DNA from: Batkoa obscura | Taxonomy: Eukaryota | Length of the DNA: 64,000 nt | Direction of reading: 5' to 3' | NCBI GenBank assembly: GCA_030770535.1 | Contig: JASVEC010000020.1 | Location: 310,001 to 374,000, forward strand | Made by a program: the position numbers and the translations under genes | Shown: piece after piece, positions 1 to 12,525 of the stretch | Layout of the letters: each line of letters opens with the position of its first letter | Position numbering within the stretch: the first letter of the stretch is position 1 | Notes under the pieces: generated by a model | The model's database searches: none | The model's input: only the letters and a program-made list of their open reading frames with translations | Told to the model about the DNA's origin: nothing

Positions 1-486
1 AAATTCATTTATAGATTCGAGCATGCTGCCTTTAACCAACCATATTTGATCCCTTAAATTAACTGTATACAATTCTAAATAATTGTTATTGTCATTATTA
101 AATTTATTATTTGAATGAAATTTATCTAGTGTTATTGCAACGTTTAAATTGTTTTCATATGTGAAAAAATGTAAATCGTATCTGTTTTTTATAACGTTCA
201 TCTTTAAGTTGACATTTGAATAAATTTGGTGTAAGTTCATAGATGAAGTTAAGTTGACTAAAAAGTGACTGTTGTTTAAGCTTACTTCATTCTCACTTGC
301 TTCTTCTTTGCTATTGATCTCTTTCCTTTTCACTGTGTTATGAACTAACAATATTTGATCATATAATATCGTGCTACATTTTATAAATACTTTGTTATTA
401 TTCTTAATTTTCTCAAACTCGTTGCTATTTACACTTGTTATTAATGAAAATAACGCTATTGTCAATAGATATGCACTACAAATCAT
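1..486 (-). CDS. 5' part of a secreted kelch-repeat family paralog (runs off the window start)
   Basis: Manual translation from ATG at 486: MICSAYLLTIALFSLITSVNSNEFEKIKNNNKVFIKCSTILYDQILLVHNTVKRKEINSKEE...SHFLVNLTS. Open to position 1 and colinear with the N-termini of 1742..3484 and 4801..6528. Confidence 0.85.
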   Translation of the reverse strand, partial: MICSAYLLTIALFSLITSVNSNEFEKIKNNNKVFIKCSTILYDQILLVHNTVKRKEINSKEEASENEVSLNNSHFLVNLTSSMNLHQIYSNVNLKMNVIKNRYDLHFFTYENNLNVAITLDKFHSNNKFNNDNNNYLELYTVNLRDQIWLVKGSMLESINEF

Positions 487-1741
487 ATCTTTATCCTAAC
501 TCTCTGATTATAATGTCTTTTTTAGTTTTATCGCTTCCTCTAGCTCTATTTGAATGAAGCCTTTAACTATCTGGCCTCAGTGTTAATAAATTAAATAAAG
601 GGTAAAGTGGAAGCTTTATTTAACATATTAAAGACAAAATTCTATTCATTTCCGACTATTCCTGATATCATAGATTAGTGTTAATTTGGAATAACCCTTT
701 TTTGCACTACAACTTTACTACAATTTTAAAGAAGATTAACCACTTGAAAATGTATTACCAAATTGCTTAAATCTCTGACTAAAAATTATAAAAGTCAACA
801 TTAATTCCTATGACTTAGTTTTGAATTTCTTACTTTTCTCTATTTAAGCATATTTTATAACTACAACTATAAAATTAAAACATCTGACTGAAAACTTACT
901 CTTTTTTCTAAAATAAACTAGCCAAAGCTGACTTGCTCCTTAGAGAGCACTAAATGTATAAAATCAATTTTGTACATCTGCTTTAGTTTCGATATATGAT
1001 GACGGTGGCTAGCTGTTCATTTAAGAATAAAAAGTAAAGTTTCAAGCTTCAAATCTGTATGATAGGTTGTATTATTGCTAATAAAATTATCCCTACATAG
1101 CACAAATTTAAACCAAAAAAGTGATAATTTTTATGATTTAAATAAGAAATATAGATATAAAAAAGGTAAAGTTTATTAGGAGCTTCAGGTTTCAATTTTG
1201 ACTTATTTGACCAAATTCGTCTTTGACTCCCTTCAACTTTGTTTTAATCAAATTATTGAAGCTTTTAAGGCTTTTATGTTATTTGCCCAGTCATTCATGA
1301 TAAATATCAAGGCTTGGGCTATTCATTTTTGCTATTCAAACCTTTCAACTAAATTCATCCCTATTCCACCAAATGCTAATTCATCCTATTCAACATCTAG
1401 ATAAGTTTGTATAAAATTGAATCTAAAACAGATATAACTATCTTATTCAGATCCCAATAGGTACCTTTAAACTAGAGTATCTCCCAGAAGTTGCCTTGTT
1501 GTTTTGATTCAACCTTTTTAAGTTATCTGTTCCCCCTCTTACATTTAAACCACATTCCCTTGTTTCATGATACCAGCATATTTTACTTCCGATAATAAAG
1601 CACTTGAGAATTTCTAACTCCTTCAAATTTTAATAACAATATAACTAAAGATGAAATCAATCCTATCAGCCTATTAGCAAATAAAAATTGCCGAACACAG
1701 CAATTACTATTTATAAAGTAATAAAGCTATAATTTAATAAC

Positions 1742-3484
1742 TTACTTGAAATCATTAGTTGAATTAACTGTGATATTGTTTGTAATAGAATCAATATTAA
1801 ATTCAGTTATCTCTCTATTTAGATTTACTTTAGTAGTCTTATTAGTTGAAGCAGCAGTGTTATTACAACGACATAATACTATTGCTTCATTATAATGACT
1901 AAATTCAGCTTCAAAACTATGAACTGAATTAGTATAAATTGAGTTCATTTCCCAGATTCCATATTCATCTCCATTTTTAGTATTAGGTAAAGATAAGTTT
2001 AAGGAAGATAAGAAAGTAGGACGTAGAGTTAATTCGATTGAACTATATTTCCTAAACCATTTCCATCTTTTATATTTATTTCTTGAATAATTCAATAAAA
2101 TAGCTGATATAATAAAAAAGGAAGCTAATCCAAATACGATTCCAGCAATCTCAGATCCACTGAAAGAGCTATATAGATTGTATCTGGAGGTGTCAAGGTT
2201 ATATTTTAAGTATTCATTTGATGTGTATAATTGACTAAAATCCTCATTCTCTCTTTTTATTGCTGGTCCAATTGTATCACTCAATTTAATTGTTTTCTTT
2301 TCCAAATTGAGTGATTCTAAATCAATTACAATAATATCATAGTTATAGTTATAATTATAGTAGTTAATGTCTCCATAGAAGAATACAACTTTATCATTGA
2401 TTAATTCATTTGAGTGCCATGCTCTACCAACATTAAATACCTCATCATTGAAATCCTTTATGATAATTTTTGTCCATTTCCAATCAGTTAAATTTAATAG
2501 TTGAATATCATTATATAAAATAGTGTAATTATTTACTTTATCTGTACCACCATAAACTAATATACAATTCATATCAGATAAATAAGTAGCAGAGTGTCCC
2601 ATTCTTACTCTATCATCATAATCCTTTGTTTTCACTTTCATATATCTTTCTGCGGCTGTATTGTATATATATATATACTTTAATTTCGATACTGTCAGTT
2701 CCTTAGAATAGCTTGCATTGTTTGGATTATATTCGCTTCCAGGATTTATCTCATTTAATTTTTCATAAGGCACACCACCAAGTATGACCATAGTAGTAGA
2801 ATTTATTAAAGTAGCTGTATGAAATGCATTAGGAGGCATGTTAGAATCAACTTCAACACCATAACGAAAAGTATTGTTGTTGGTCAAATCAAAAACAGTA
2901 AAATTGTTACTTAATCTAGAAATACTAGTATCTAAGTCTAAGCTCCAACCACCATAAATGTACAGCATATCACCTACTTTTGATATTGATTTACCACTAT
3001 ATGTATTTGCGTAATAGCCAAATGCATTATTTTTAATATTCCATGATTCCTTATCCAAGCTAATTGTAAATAGTCCTAAATACCAATGGTTTATAGGCAT
3101 GAATTTATTGTTTGAGTGAAACTTATCTAGTGTTGTTACAGCATTTAAATTATTTTCATGTACAAAAAAATGTAAATCCTTTATATTCACTATCACATTC
3201 TTCTTTAAGCTTGCTTTTGAATAAATCTGGTTCAAGTTGATGGTTGAAGTTAAGTTGACTAAAAAGTGGCTATTATTTAATCTTACCTCATTCTCATTTA
3301 CTTCTTCTTTACTATTAATTTCTTTCCTTTTCACAGTATTGTAGACTAATAATATTTGATCATATAATATCGTACTGGATTTTATAAAATCTTTATTTAC
3401 TTTCTTCATTTTCTCAAATTCATTGCTTGTTACACTTGTTGATAATAACAAAAGCAATATCATAGATATGTTTATCTTATACAT
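1742..3484 (-). CDS. Signal peptide + kelch-repeat beta-propeller + single TM helix protein (580 aa)
   Basis: Intronless ORF with hydrophobic N-terminus, kelch motifs (YIYGG, HTAT...VILGG, RMGHSAT...LVYGG, GRAWHS) and TM segment IAGIVFGLASFFIISAILL followed by basic residues. Confidence 0.85.
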   Translation of the reverse strand: MYKINISMILLLLLSTSVTSNEFEKMKKVNKDFIKSSTILYDQILLVYNTVKRKEINSKEEVNENEVRLNNSHFLVNLTSTINLNQIYSKASLKKNVIVNIKDLHFFVHENNLNAVTTLDKFHSNNKFMPINHWYLGLFTISLDKESWNIKNNAFGYYANTYSGKSISKVGDMLYIYGGWSLDLDTSISRLSNNFTVFDLTNNNTFRYGVEVDSNMPPNAFHTATLINSTTMVILGGVPYEKLNEINPGSEYNPNNASYSKELTVSKLKYIYIYNTAAERYMKVKTKDYDDRVRMGHSATYLSDMNCILVYGGTDKVNNYTILYNDIQLLNLTDWKWTKIIIKDFNDEVFNVGRAWHSNELINDKVVFFYGDINYYNYNYNYDIIVIDLESLNLEKKTIKLSDTIGPAIKRENEDFSQLYTSNEYLKYNLDTSRYNLYSSFSGSEIAGIVFGLASFFIISAILLNYSRNKYKRWKWFRKYSSIELTLRPTFLSSLNLSLPNTKNGDEYGIWEMNSIYTNSVHSFEAEFSHYNEAIVLCRCNNTAASTNKTTKVNLNREITEFNIDSITNNITVNSTNDFK

Positions 3485-4800
3485 TATACTTATCTTAATT
3501 CTTCAATTGCAACGTATACTTATTTACGTTGACTATAACCTTTGTTTTAGTCTCTATTTAAATAGACCGTAAATATTCACTCCTGATATCGATTAAATTA
3601 AATAAGAACTTAAAGGATAACTCTGATGATTGTAACCAAAATAATAGTTCTATTTACAATGAGATATTTCCAATTATCATGGCCAAATGCTGATTTGAAT
3701 TAACTTATAGAATTGTATATAATAATTTTAGAAAATTGAATATTAGTCATTGGAAGATCCAAATTAGTGCTCAAATCCCTGATTTAAATTTTTGAAATTC
3801 AACTCAAAGACATGATTCTTCTAGTTCTCTATAGTTTTGAAATATATATATTTATAGTATTAATAATAATTTAAAGCGCGTTTATGTAGTATAGATTATA
3901 TTTTTTTGTTTATTTGCTTTTTTTTATAAAGTACATTTTATAAATAGAATTGCAAACATCCAAGTAAATGGACTCTGACGATTATAGTTAAAAAAGTTCT
4001 TCCTAGAATAATCACCTAAGAACTAATTTACTCCTTCAAGAGTATAAAAAATAGGGATCAGATGTAAAAATACTACTTCAGTAAATTTTTACACCTGACC
4101 CAAAAAATAATTACTTGATGAAAACCCAGAGTTTATAACACTAGCAATGTAAATTTTAGATTATGCTGATATGTGTTTTATTATAATGTGTAAATTTAAT
4201 AGTGATTGGGGCTAGCCAATGAGTTAGCTATAATTTTATTGATTAAAATGGTTTTAAAATTCAACTATTAAAGATTCATCTTTTGAAAATTTTACTAAAG
4301 CTCAATGAATGAATAAGTTATTTTCATTATATCTATTGGGTTAGGATTTAAAGTTCTGTTTATAATAAACAAAGAAACTTGTATTAATAATACGATAAGA
4401 ATGACTACTATTCAAAATCCTTTAGAAGATTTAGATACTAATAGAGAACAGTTCGCCGGATTAGATATACGCTTCACAATTTCAGAGCTACCAGCAATGA
4501 TATGTAGGTACAAACATAGTAATTTAGACGTAAAACATTTTTAAAAAAATAATCAAATTTTTGTTTTATTTTGAACAATAATAAAAAATATTCTCAGTCT
4601 TGACTATATTTACTATCCTATTGTTAGTATTTTTTTCTTTTTAATTTTAACTTTTGTTATAATAAATACTGTCCAATCAAGATAAGGATAAAAAATAGAT
4701 TACAATTTTGTAACATTCTTAAATGGGAATATAGCAAAGAATACAATCAAATTATGTTTATAGTTATAAAGATATTATGAATAAACGACAATAATAGAAT

Positions 4801-6528
4801 ATGATATATAGGTCGTATTTATTGATAATAAATTTATTATTACTATCAATAGATGTAATAAAAAGCGAGTTTGAAAAGGTTAAAAAAGGAAATAAAGGAT
4901 TTATAAAATGTAGTACAATATTGCATGATCAAATGTTATTAATATATAATACAGTCAAAAAAAAAGAGATTGATAATAAAGGAGAAGGAAATGAAAAAGA
5001 AGTAAGCGTGAAAAATAGTCATTTTTTAGTTAATCTAACTTCAACCGTTGACTTGAACCAAATTTATTTGAATGTAAATTTAAGGAGAAATGTCATAAAC
5101 AATATTTATGATCTTTATTTTTTCAACTTTGATAATAATTTAAATACTGTAGCAATGGTTGATGAATTTCCTTCCAGTAATGAGGCTAACGATAAGTTAA
5201 AAATACAATCGGAATTGCTTACAATCAATTTAGATAAAGAAAAGTGGGTTAGTAAGTTTAATTTATTTCCATATTATCAAAAGAATTTTAGAGGTATATC
5301 GGTGACAAAAATGGGTAATATGTTATTTACATACGGGGGTTGTTTATTAGATTTAAATACTAATTTTTCGCTATTAACCAATAGAGCTACAATTTTTAAT
5401 ATGCTTAATAACCATATTTACGATAATAGCTATCATGTGAGTACCCATATGCCACCCAATGCTTTTCATACAACTACTAAGATTAATTCGACTAATATGG
5501 TTATAACTGGTGGTGTGTCTTATGAAAAGATTCTTAATACAGATCCTGACCTTGGATTTGGTTTAAGGAATCAAGGTTACTATAATGAATCAACAATAGC
5601 AAATTTAAAATATGTTTATCTATATGATATAACTAAGAGAATGCACAAAAGGATAGAAACAAGGGATTATGATGATAAAGTAAGGATGGGACATTCGGCT
5701 ACTTATCTACCTACTTTAAACTGTATGTTGGTTTACGGTGGTACAGATAAAATAAATAACTACAATCTTTTATATAATGATATTCAATTATTGAGCTTGA
5801 GTAACTGGCAATGGACTAAAATTAACATAGTTGACTTCGATAACGAGATATTTAACATTGGTAGAGCATGGCATTCAAGCGAATTAATTAATGATAAGCT
5901 GGTATTTTTTTATGGGGATATTAATACTAATGATAATAAATATGATATTATTGCAATCGACCTGAATACACTTGATTTAGTAAAGAAAATAGTTAAGATG
6001 AGTAATACAATAGGGCCGGCAGTAAAAAGAGAGGATGAAAACTTCACTCAATTGTATACATCCAAGGAATACATACAGTACGAAAACAACAAAAATGGTA
6101 TGATACCAATGTCATATAACGGTCCAGAAACTGATCAAATCGTAGGAATTTCATGTGGTATAATATTATTATTTATTATTTGTGGTTTATATTATTATAG
6201 CAAAAGAAGACGAATTAATGCTAAAAATAATTCAGCTTTTCTTTCTCCTTCTTTAAATTCATTAAAGCTATCTCAGCCTAACGGTAAAAATGGGGATGAA
6301 TATGGTATTTGGGAATTAAATTCCCATTATACCAATTCTTCAACTAATGATTTGAATTTTGAATTAAATCAACTTAATAACCCGTTTATATTTCATTGTA
6401 ATAATACTGTTGCTTCAATTGATAATGGATCAACGAAAGTGAAATCAAATGAAGAGACAGTTGTAGTTAATGCTAATTCTACTACAAATAATACTACCTT
6501 TAATACAGTTAATAGCTTGAACAAGTGA
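4801..6528 (+). CDS. Signal peptide + kelch-repeat + single TM helix protein (575 aa), paralog of 1742..3484
   Basis: Same architecture and shared blocks (MPPNAFHT, RMGHSATYL, GRAWHS, TIGPAVKRE, KNGDEYGIWE). Confidence 0.85.
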   Translation: MIYRSYLLIINLLLLSIDVIKSEFEKVKKGNKGFIKCSTILHDQMLLIYNTVKKKEIDNKGEGNEKEVSVKNSHFLVNLTSTVDLNQIYLNVNLRRNVINNIYDLYFFNFDNNLNTVAMVDEFPSSNEANDKLKIQSELLTINLDKEKWVSKFNLFPYYQKNFRGISVTKMGNMLFTYGGCLLDLNTNFSLLTNRATIFNMLNNHIYDNSYHVSTHMPPNAFHTTTKINSTNMVITGGVSYEKILNTDPDLGFGLRNQGYYNESTIANLKYVYLYDITKRMHKRIETRDYDDKVRMGHSATYLPTLNCMLVYGGTDKINNYNLLYNDIQLLSLSNWQWTKINIVDFDNEIFNIGRAWHSSELINDKLVFFYGDINTNDNKYDIIAIDLNTLDLVKKIVKMSNTIGPAVKREDENFTQLYTSKEYIQYENNKNGMIPMSYNGPETDQIVGISCGIILLFIICGLYYYSKRRRINAKNNSAFLSPSLNSLKLSQPNGKNGDEYGIWELNSHYTNSSTNDLNFELNQLNNPFIFHCNNTVASIDNGSTKVKSNEETVVVNANSTTNNTTFNTVNSLNK

Positions 6529-8371
6529 GCTGTCATTTTTATTATTTGTTGTTATTATATCTATAGTTTGTATGGGATGAACCCAGAAGTTAGAATTAAT
6601 GCAATTCTTTTTAGCTATCTAAAAAAATCAAAATAAAATTAATCCAATATCGAACAATTCAGGGATTTATTATCAAGTATTTCCCTCTCTTTTGAGTTAT
6701 ATTATTGATGACTTTTTTATTATGATTAAGTCTTTCTATTTCTCATTTTTATTTCTGATAGAAATATAGAATTTTTTATAATATTCCCATTTTAAAGTTG
6801 AAGTTTTTAATAGCAAGTAATAAAGCAAAATGATCTGATAAGGTCATCATCTTATCTTACCTAAACTTATCAGAGTACCACTACGCTCAATATTTACGGC
6901 TTAACTCAAGTTCAAAAAGCTAATCAATAAATACCTGTTTTTAGCTCAACCTTTAGCAAACTTATTTTCTGCCACAAAAAAATTAATTTATATAAATTGA
7001 ACATAGAGCTACAATGTCCATTTTGTTATCTATTAAAAAATTATTAAACCACAGGCTCTTTATCTATTCAATAATTAAGTCAATCTGCCTTTAAGCATTT
7101 GTTCTATTTATATTGGTATTGGTCTATATAATTTTTTTTGCTAACATTGATATTTTCAATGAGTATTTTAAATACTTTCCACATTACTATCTTTGTTAGT
7201 TTTTTGCTACCAGTACAATAGGCTATATATTGAGTAAACACAAAGTTACTATGAAAGATAGGCTCCCCATTATCCCTGGTCTCAGCAAACTATATTATGC
7301 GGGATATAGCCTAGATAAATAAGTTTGATTTTACAAAAATCCGCTTTGTTAAAAGTTGGAATAATAGAGAAGCCTTAGCACCATGGCTATTAACTTTTAT
7401 TGTTTTTGGTGCTATTTGTTAAATAAAGTATTTATTAGTTTAGGCTCTATTAGGAATTTATAAATTTATAAGCTACTAAGTAGCTTTTTAGAGTTTTAAA
7501 ACTATTAGAAGCAATATAAATACTATTACAAGAACAATACTTGGGTAAAAATAAGGAAGACCTTTTAAAAACCCAAAAATTATAGAGAATCTTGAACAGC
7601 TGTTCAAGTTCACTTCTATCAGCTCAGCCACCTAAATGAATAAGGTATTATAGGGGGCATCTACTGCCTTTTTAGTATTGAAATTCTGAAAGTTAATTTT
7701 TGAAATGGTCTCCAATTACACATCATATATAGCATAAGTGTAGCTTTGGCGCTATCTTCAAAGACATTTATATTTAATTGAAATTTACAAACTTACTAGT
7801 TTATTCCTAAAAGGCCCACTCACTTGTTTAAGCTTCTGAACCCAGACCCCAGAGTATATCTTCTCTGATACTACAAAGTGATATTGTAGTTGGATTTTAA
7901 ACTATCGCATACCTTATTAGTTAATATCTCACCGTCAGGTAGATCATTGTTTCTTAGTAAACAACTCAAGTTAAATTAATAGTTTTTGTTTCAATATATT
8001 CAACTCAAATTGAATTAAAAATTTGGAAACTACCAAATAAAGAAATTTAAATTTGAATTGCTTCAATCTTTAAAACTGAATTAAAAGTTCCCATTCAAAA
8101 AGTATAAAAAGGACTTCATTTCATTATTGTTAAAATTAGTCAAAACTGATATTAGTGTAACCTATATCTTGGTAGTTGGAGGCTGTCTCAATATTTATGC
8201 CTCAATTTTTTAATTCTAGAAAGGTAGAAGATGACACTCCATGATACCCCACCCGTTTAGGCGACCGGATCGGTGAGGATAAACTAGAACAGTTATTTAA
8301 GGTACTTTCCGTTTTAAAATTTAAGGAATTTTCCTTACTTTTAACTTGAGTAATATCTAAAAGATGTTATT

Positions 8372-8475
8372 TATGAGAATGTTTTTTTTGATTTCAACAC
8401 TTTTCCATTTTTTAAGCGCTGTTTGAGTGGAAAGATTATTAGTAAAATTTTTGAATAAAAAGGTGCATCCCCTTA
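8372..8475 (+). mobile_element. MITE family A copy (~103 bp)
   Basis: Matches consensus TA-TGGGGATGT(T)n...TTAAGCGCTATTTGAGTGGAAA...AAAAATACATCCCCA-TA. Confidence 0.8.
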
Positions 8476-8732
8476 TGTTGTTTGTAATAATTTTGAAAAT
8501 CTATAAAAATATTACCATCAAAATACTATTGAATTACTTTTAGTTTTATTGAATGATAGTTTAAATTGTTACTCAATTTTGTTTACTTTATATCAATTAT
8601 TTCTAAATAAGAAATCACATTCTAAAAAAAGCGCTGAAATTATGTAGTTATTTTTCTGGATAAGTTGACTAAGTATTTAAAAAAAGTATATATAAATATT
8701 AGGATACAAATATCACTTTTTTGTTAACGATA

Positions 8733-9707
8733 ATGAAATTGAGTCAATTCAATACAAAGTCAATTGAAGCTAATTTTAATCAAACAAACTTATATGACGT
8801 TGTTGAAGACGATAGTTTGTTAGATATCATAGAATATATGAATAATGACAATAACAATATATTGACAATCTATTACAAAATGATAAGCCAAAATCGAATC
8901 TTGTTAACAAATTTTAAAGTACAACAAAGTCTAATAAAGTTAAGTTATTTAAGTCATCAAAATTACAGCATTAATCAACGATTATTATACTATCAACCCA
9001 AGTTTGATCAAAATCCGTATAAACCAAGCTTAACTTGTTTTATTCAGTTTTTATCAAGTTTATCAACTAATATTATAGTGAAACAGTTGGATTGGATTAA
9101 AGTATTAGATTTATCAAAGATTCAATTCAATTTCATGGATTCTGTTTATAATAGTAATAAAAATTGGTTGCATTTGATATTTCTAAAGTTAAACAATTTA
9201 TCAAGTTTAATCTTCTCAGATGAAACAATCAATGAATTTATTTCAAATAGTACCATCACTTATTTAGTTAAGAGTATAAATAGCAACATCAGTGGGTCAA
9301 AATGCAAAGACGGAGATAGTAAACGAATATCGAATAACTTTAATAATTTAAAGCGATTAATAATACCTGGGCTTAATATAAACACAACTCATTTAATTCA
9401 ATTTTTATTATTATTTAAAAATTTAAAGCAAGTAGATTTATCTAATTGTATTAAATTAGATGATAATAATTTAATCTTAATCTTGAACCAATTACGCTAC
9501 TTGAACAGACTAAATTTATCTAATTGTGATAAACTAACAACGTACTCCATTAATTATTTACTTAATAACTTTTATTTTGATGAACCTTTGCCCCCTTATT
9601 CTGTTACTGATGAGATAAGTACAAGTATTAACAATAATAGCAACATCGCTTCAATTAAATGGAAAAAATTGATATTACCTAAGAAATTCCAAAACTTAAC
9701 AAACTAA
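8733..9707 (+). CDS. RNI-like / F-box-associated leucine-rich-repeat protein
   Basis: First ATG in the ORF is at 8733. Cys-containing LRRs NLKQVDLSNCIKLDD and LNRLNLSNCDKLT. Confidence 0.7.
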   Translation: MKLSQFNTKSIEANFNQTNLYDVVEDDSLLDIIEYMNNDNNNILTIYYKMISQNRILLTNFKVQQSLIKLSYLSHQNYSINQRLLYYQPKFDQNPYKPSLTCFIQFLSSLSTNIIVKQLDWIKVLDLSKIQFNFMDSVYNSNKNWLHLIFLKLNNLSSLIFSDETINEFISNSTITYLVKSINSNISGSKCKDGDSKRISNNFNNLKRLIIPGLNINTTHLIQFLLLFKNLKQVDLSNCIKLDDNNLILILNQLRYLNRLNLSNCDKLTTYSINYLLNNFYFDEPLPPYSVTDEISTSINNNSNIASIKWKKLILPKKFQNLTN

Positions 9708-9733
9708 ATAAAATTTTATTGATCTATCTTATA

Positions 9734-10308
9734 TTAGCCCAACAAATCCGAATAATCAAGATCTTTTAATTGCTCTTCAAGACTAGGCTGTTTCATTCTT
9801 ACATCTAATAACATACTAAAAAAGAGTTAGTTTCCTACTCTTCTTATTACACTATATTATACTATTTCCTATTACCTATTATCCACTCTAATGTCGGTAT
9901 CTAATGTTGGTAACTCCAAATCACTAAGATCATTTCTTGTTTGAGCTGGTAAAACATAATGGTTATCACAATGGGGACAATATTCATCTGCTTGATCAAA
10001 GTCACTTTTTAAATCAATATCATTAAATATTAAGCTACTATAAATATTAATAACTTACTTTGTATTTTTTCTAAAAACTTTTTTACATTTTTTACAACCA
10101 AATACTAACTCTTGTTGTCTTTTTAATTTATGATCTGTTAATTCTTTATGACAATCTGAGCAATCAAACCATTGCTTACAACATGGTGCTCTGATGGATA
10201 CCTTTTTTGAGTTAAAAGGGTAATATATAAATAAATCAACTTTGTTAGTGGCTAAAATTACTAGAATGCTATGAAGTTTACTTGTACATTAAGAATATGT
10301 TTACACAT
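9734..10308 (-). CDS. CHY-type zinc finger protein (multi-exon; absent from ORF track)
   Basis: Spliced reading MCKHILNVQ/VSIRAPCCKQWFDCSDCHKELTDHKLKRQQELVFGCKKCKKVFRK...DEYCPHCDNHYVLPA...DLLG*, with GT-AG introns. The Cys/His pattern matches the CHY zinc finger. Confidence 0.85.
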
Positions 10309-11295
10309 TAAAAGTTTTTTTAGAAATAGAAAAATTAAAATTGAAAGTCCATATTTTTCGATAAATTGTAGTTTGATTTTCTTCCAATCATTTAGCTTTA
10401 TGCTATTGGCATTTTAAAAAACTTTAAAGGAGAAGAGCTTCCAAGCGTTTCATTATTGAAAAAGGAAAATTAAATAGTGAACTAAATGGTAGGGATGAGG
10501 GATTAAAAGATACCTACTAAGTTACGGAAGACTATTCATAGCTATTTTTATTTTATTGATTACTTTTATTAGCTCATTATAATTAAAGTTTACTTAGTTA
10601 CACTAACTTTAATAACAGCTATAACAATTAAATTATCCATTAATTCAAGACATCTTATAAATTTTCAATAGTAACTCAGCTTATTCTAAAGTTCTAAGCA
10701 AAATGAATATAGATTCTATTGTTGAATATTTTATTTTAGGATTCATATTAGGCATTGAAATCATTGAAACCTCCTGAAAATATCACTTTACTTACTTATT
10801 CTATCTTAAGTCATATTGTTGTCTATCCTTGCATAAAAAGTAGTATAAGCTGTTTTTTATGGGAGCAGCACTAAATCGGCCGAGTCGTTACAATTGAAGT
10901 CAAATATTAACATATATATAACTGATACGCTGCTATAAATGATATTATTCAATTTTAGTACTAATAAAAAAGAGTGTCAAAAAAGTACAGATTTAGTTTT
11001 TATTTATGGGAGGTATATTTATTGTATCAAACCAAACAATCTAAACCTTAAATTTAAGTATCAAAAGAAACTATTTAAATTTCCATCATAGATATATCTT
11101 ATTTCTATAAGCATTGTTTTTGAAATTGAAACAAAATAGATTAAAATTAAAGGAAAAGTGACAAAAGGTTAAATGTATCTTACTGTTAATAAATTAAAGA
11201 TAGAACTAAAAGCTAGAATAGTTATAAAAGGACATGATAGATAACAACACTATATATTTACATAAAAATTAAAATCGATTTAAATAAGGAAGAAA

Positions 11296-11804
11296 TTAAG
11301 TAGCCATAATAAATTGATTAGCGTTTGAAGATAACCAAGCTTCTTTAAGTTTACGATAAACTTCTTTTAATCCCCAAGAGGATATAACCACTACCGGTTC
11401 CATTGAAGTACTGATAGTAATAAGTAAATAAACAATAGAATAATAAATATAATTTTTTTTACCTAGAATGAATAACAATAGAGCCTCTGCCCGAACACAT
11501 TTGAGTACAAGAACGAAAATAAGCAATATCAGTCACCCTTCTTAAATCTATAACATCATTTTTGGAACCCATAAACCCATGTATCTTTTCAATTTTTTTA
11601 TTCGTTATTTTCCATTGAATACTATTCATTGTCAACGGTGAGCAACATAATAGTGGCCACGTTGTACCTTCCCAAATGATCTTTTAAAAAAATTAGTATT
11701 ATACTAATGACAGTTTATAGACAAACTACCTCTTCTTGTTGGCTATATCCCGTTAATAAAGATAAACTACTCTCTTCTACTTTTGCCATCTCTTCTTTAC
11801 CCAT
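11296..11804 (-). CDS. Small protein with bacterial PH (bPH_2/YdbS-like) domain; 3 exons
   Basis: Spliced reading MGKEEMAKVEESSLSLLTGYSQQEE/IIWEGTTWPLLCCSPLTMNSIQWKITNKKIEKIHGFMGSKNDVIDLRRVTDIAYFRSCTQMCSGRGSIVIHSS/TSMEPVVVISSWGLKEVYRKLKEAW...MAT*. Two GT-AG introns keep frame. The domain call is by pattern recognition only. Confidence 0.65.
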
Positions 11805-12360
11805 CGTTTTTTAATATAATTATTTATTAAATTTTTAAAACAGTCTACTAAATTTTTACAAAGTTGAATTCGAGCTATATTCTATCAATTAAGAATGATT
11901 GATGAATGATTGATGAATGATTTTAAAAATTAAAAAGGAGTTGCTTTTAAATTCAAAGAGTAAAAAGGAGTTTAAATCTTTAATTTTTTCCAAAACGGAG
12001 ATATCACAATTTTATTTTCTTAAAATTCACGGACAAATTATAACCCGCAGATATTTTGGCGCTTTTTTATTGTTGGAACATTAAATTAATCTATTAAATT
12101 GGTAACACTTTTTGTATAAATGAATTAAAGCCTTGGTTACATAAAATGTGACAGTTTGATTTAGGTTGGAAATTTAGAAAATCTATCGGGAAGCGTTTTT
12201 TTGCACTATTCTTTTGTCCCTTTATTATGAGGTGCAAAATTTAGAAAAATCATCAGCCAAGTGCTGAAAAAAATTCACATGAGATGAATAAGTAAAAAGT
12301 TAAAAAAGAACCTTTAAAAAAAGTTGTGAAAATCTACTTTCATTAATTTATTAATAAACT

Positions 12361-12525
12361 TTAATAATAAGTGACTGTAGGACAAGTACCTTGTACTGTT
12401 TTGGTCACATAGGTAACTGTAGTACTGGTAACCACTTTGGTGACATCTTTACAGCGTTTGCCATAGCCATAATCTTGAGCAAGAGCAGAGGTAGCGAGTA
12501 ATACAATAATGGATAAGAATTTCAT
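12361..12525 (-). CDS. Small secreted Thr/Val-rich peptide (54 aa), ends TYY
   Basis: MKFLSIIVLLATSALAQDYGYGKRCKDVTKVVTSTTVTYVTKTVQGTCPTVTYY*. Classic signal peptide, AAAATG start context and a GC-richer island in AT-rich flanks. Confidence 0.8.
   Translation of the reverse strand: MKFLSIIVLLATSALAQDYGYGKRCKDVTKVVTSTTVTYVTKTVQGTCPTVTYY

Noticed and set aside
1198..1620. 68-aa ORF, or a LINE-like GGIG remnant on the minus strand
   Set aside because: TTG start and no motif on plus. The minus frame is stop-riddled with only a 4-residue resemblance.
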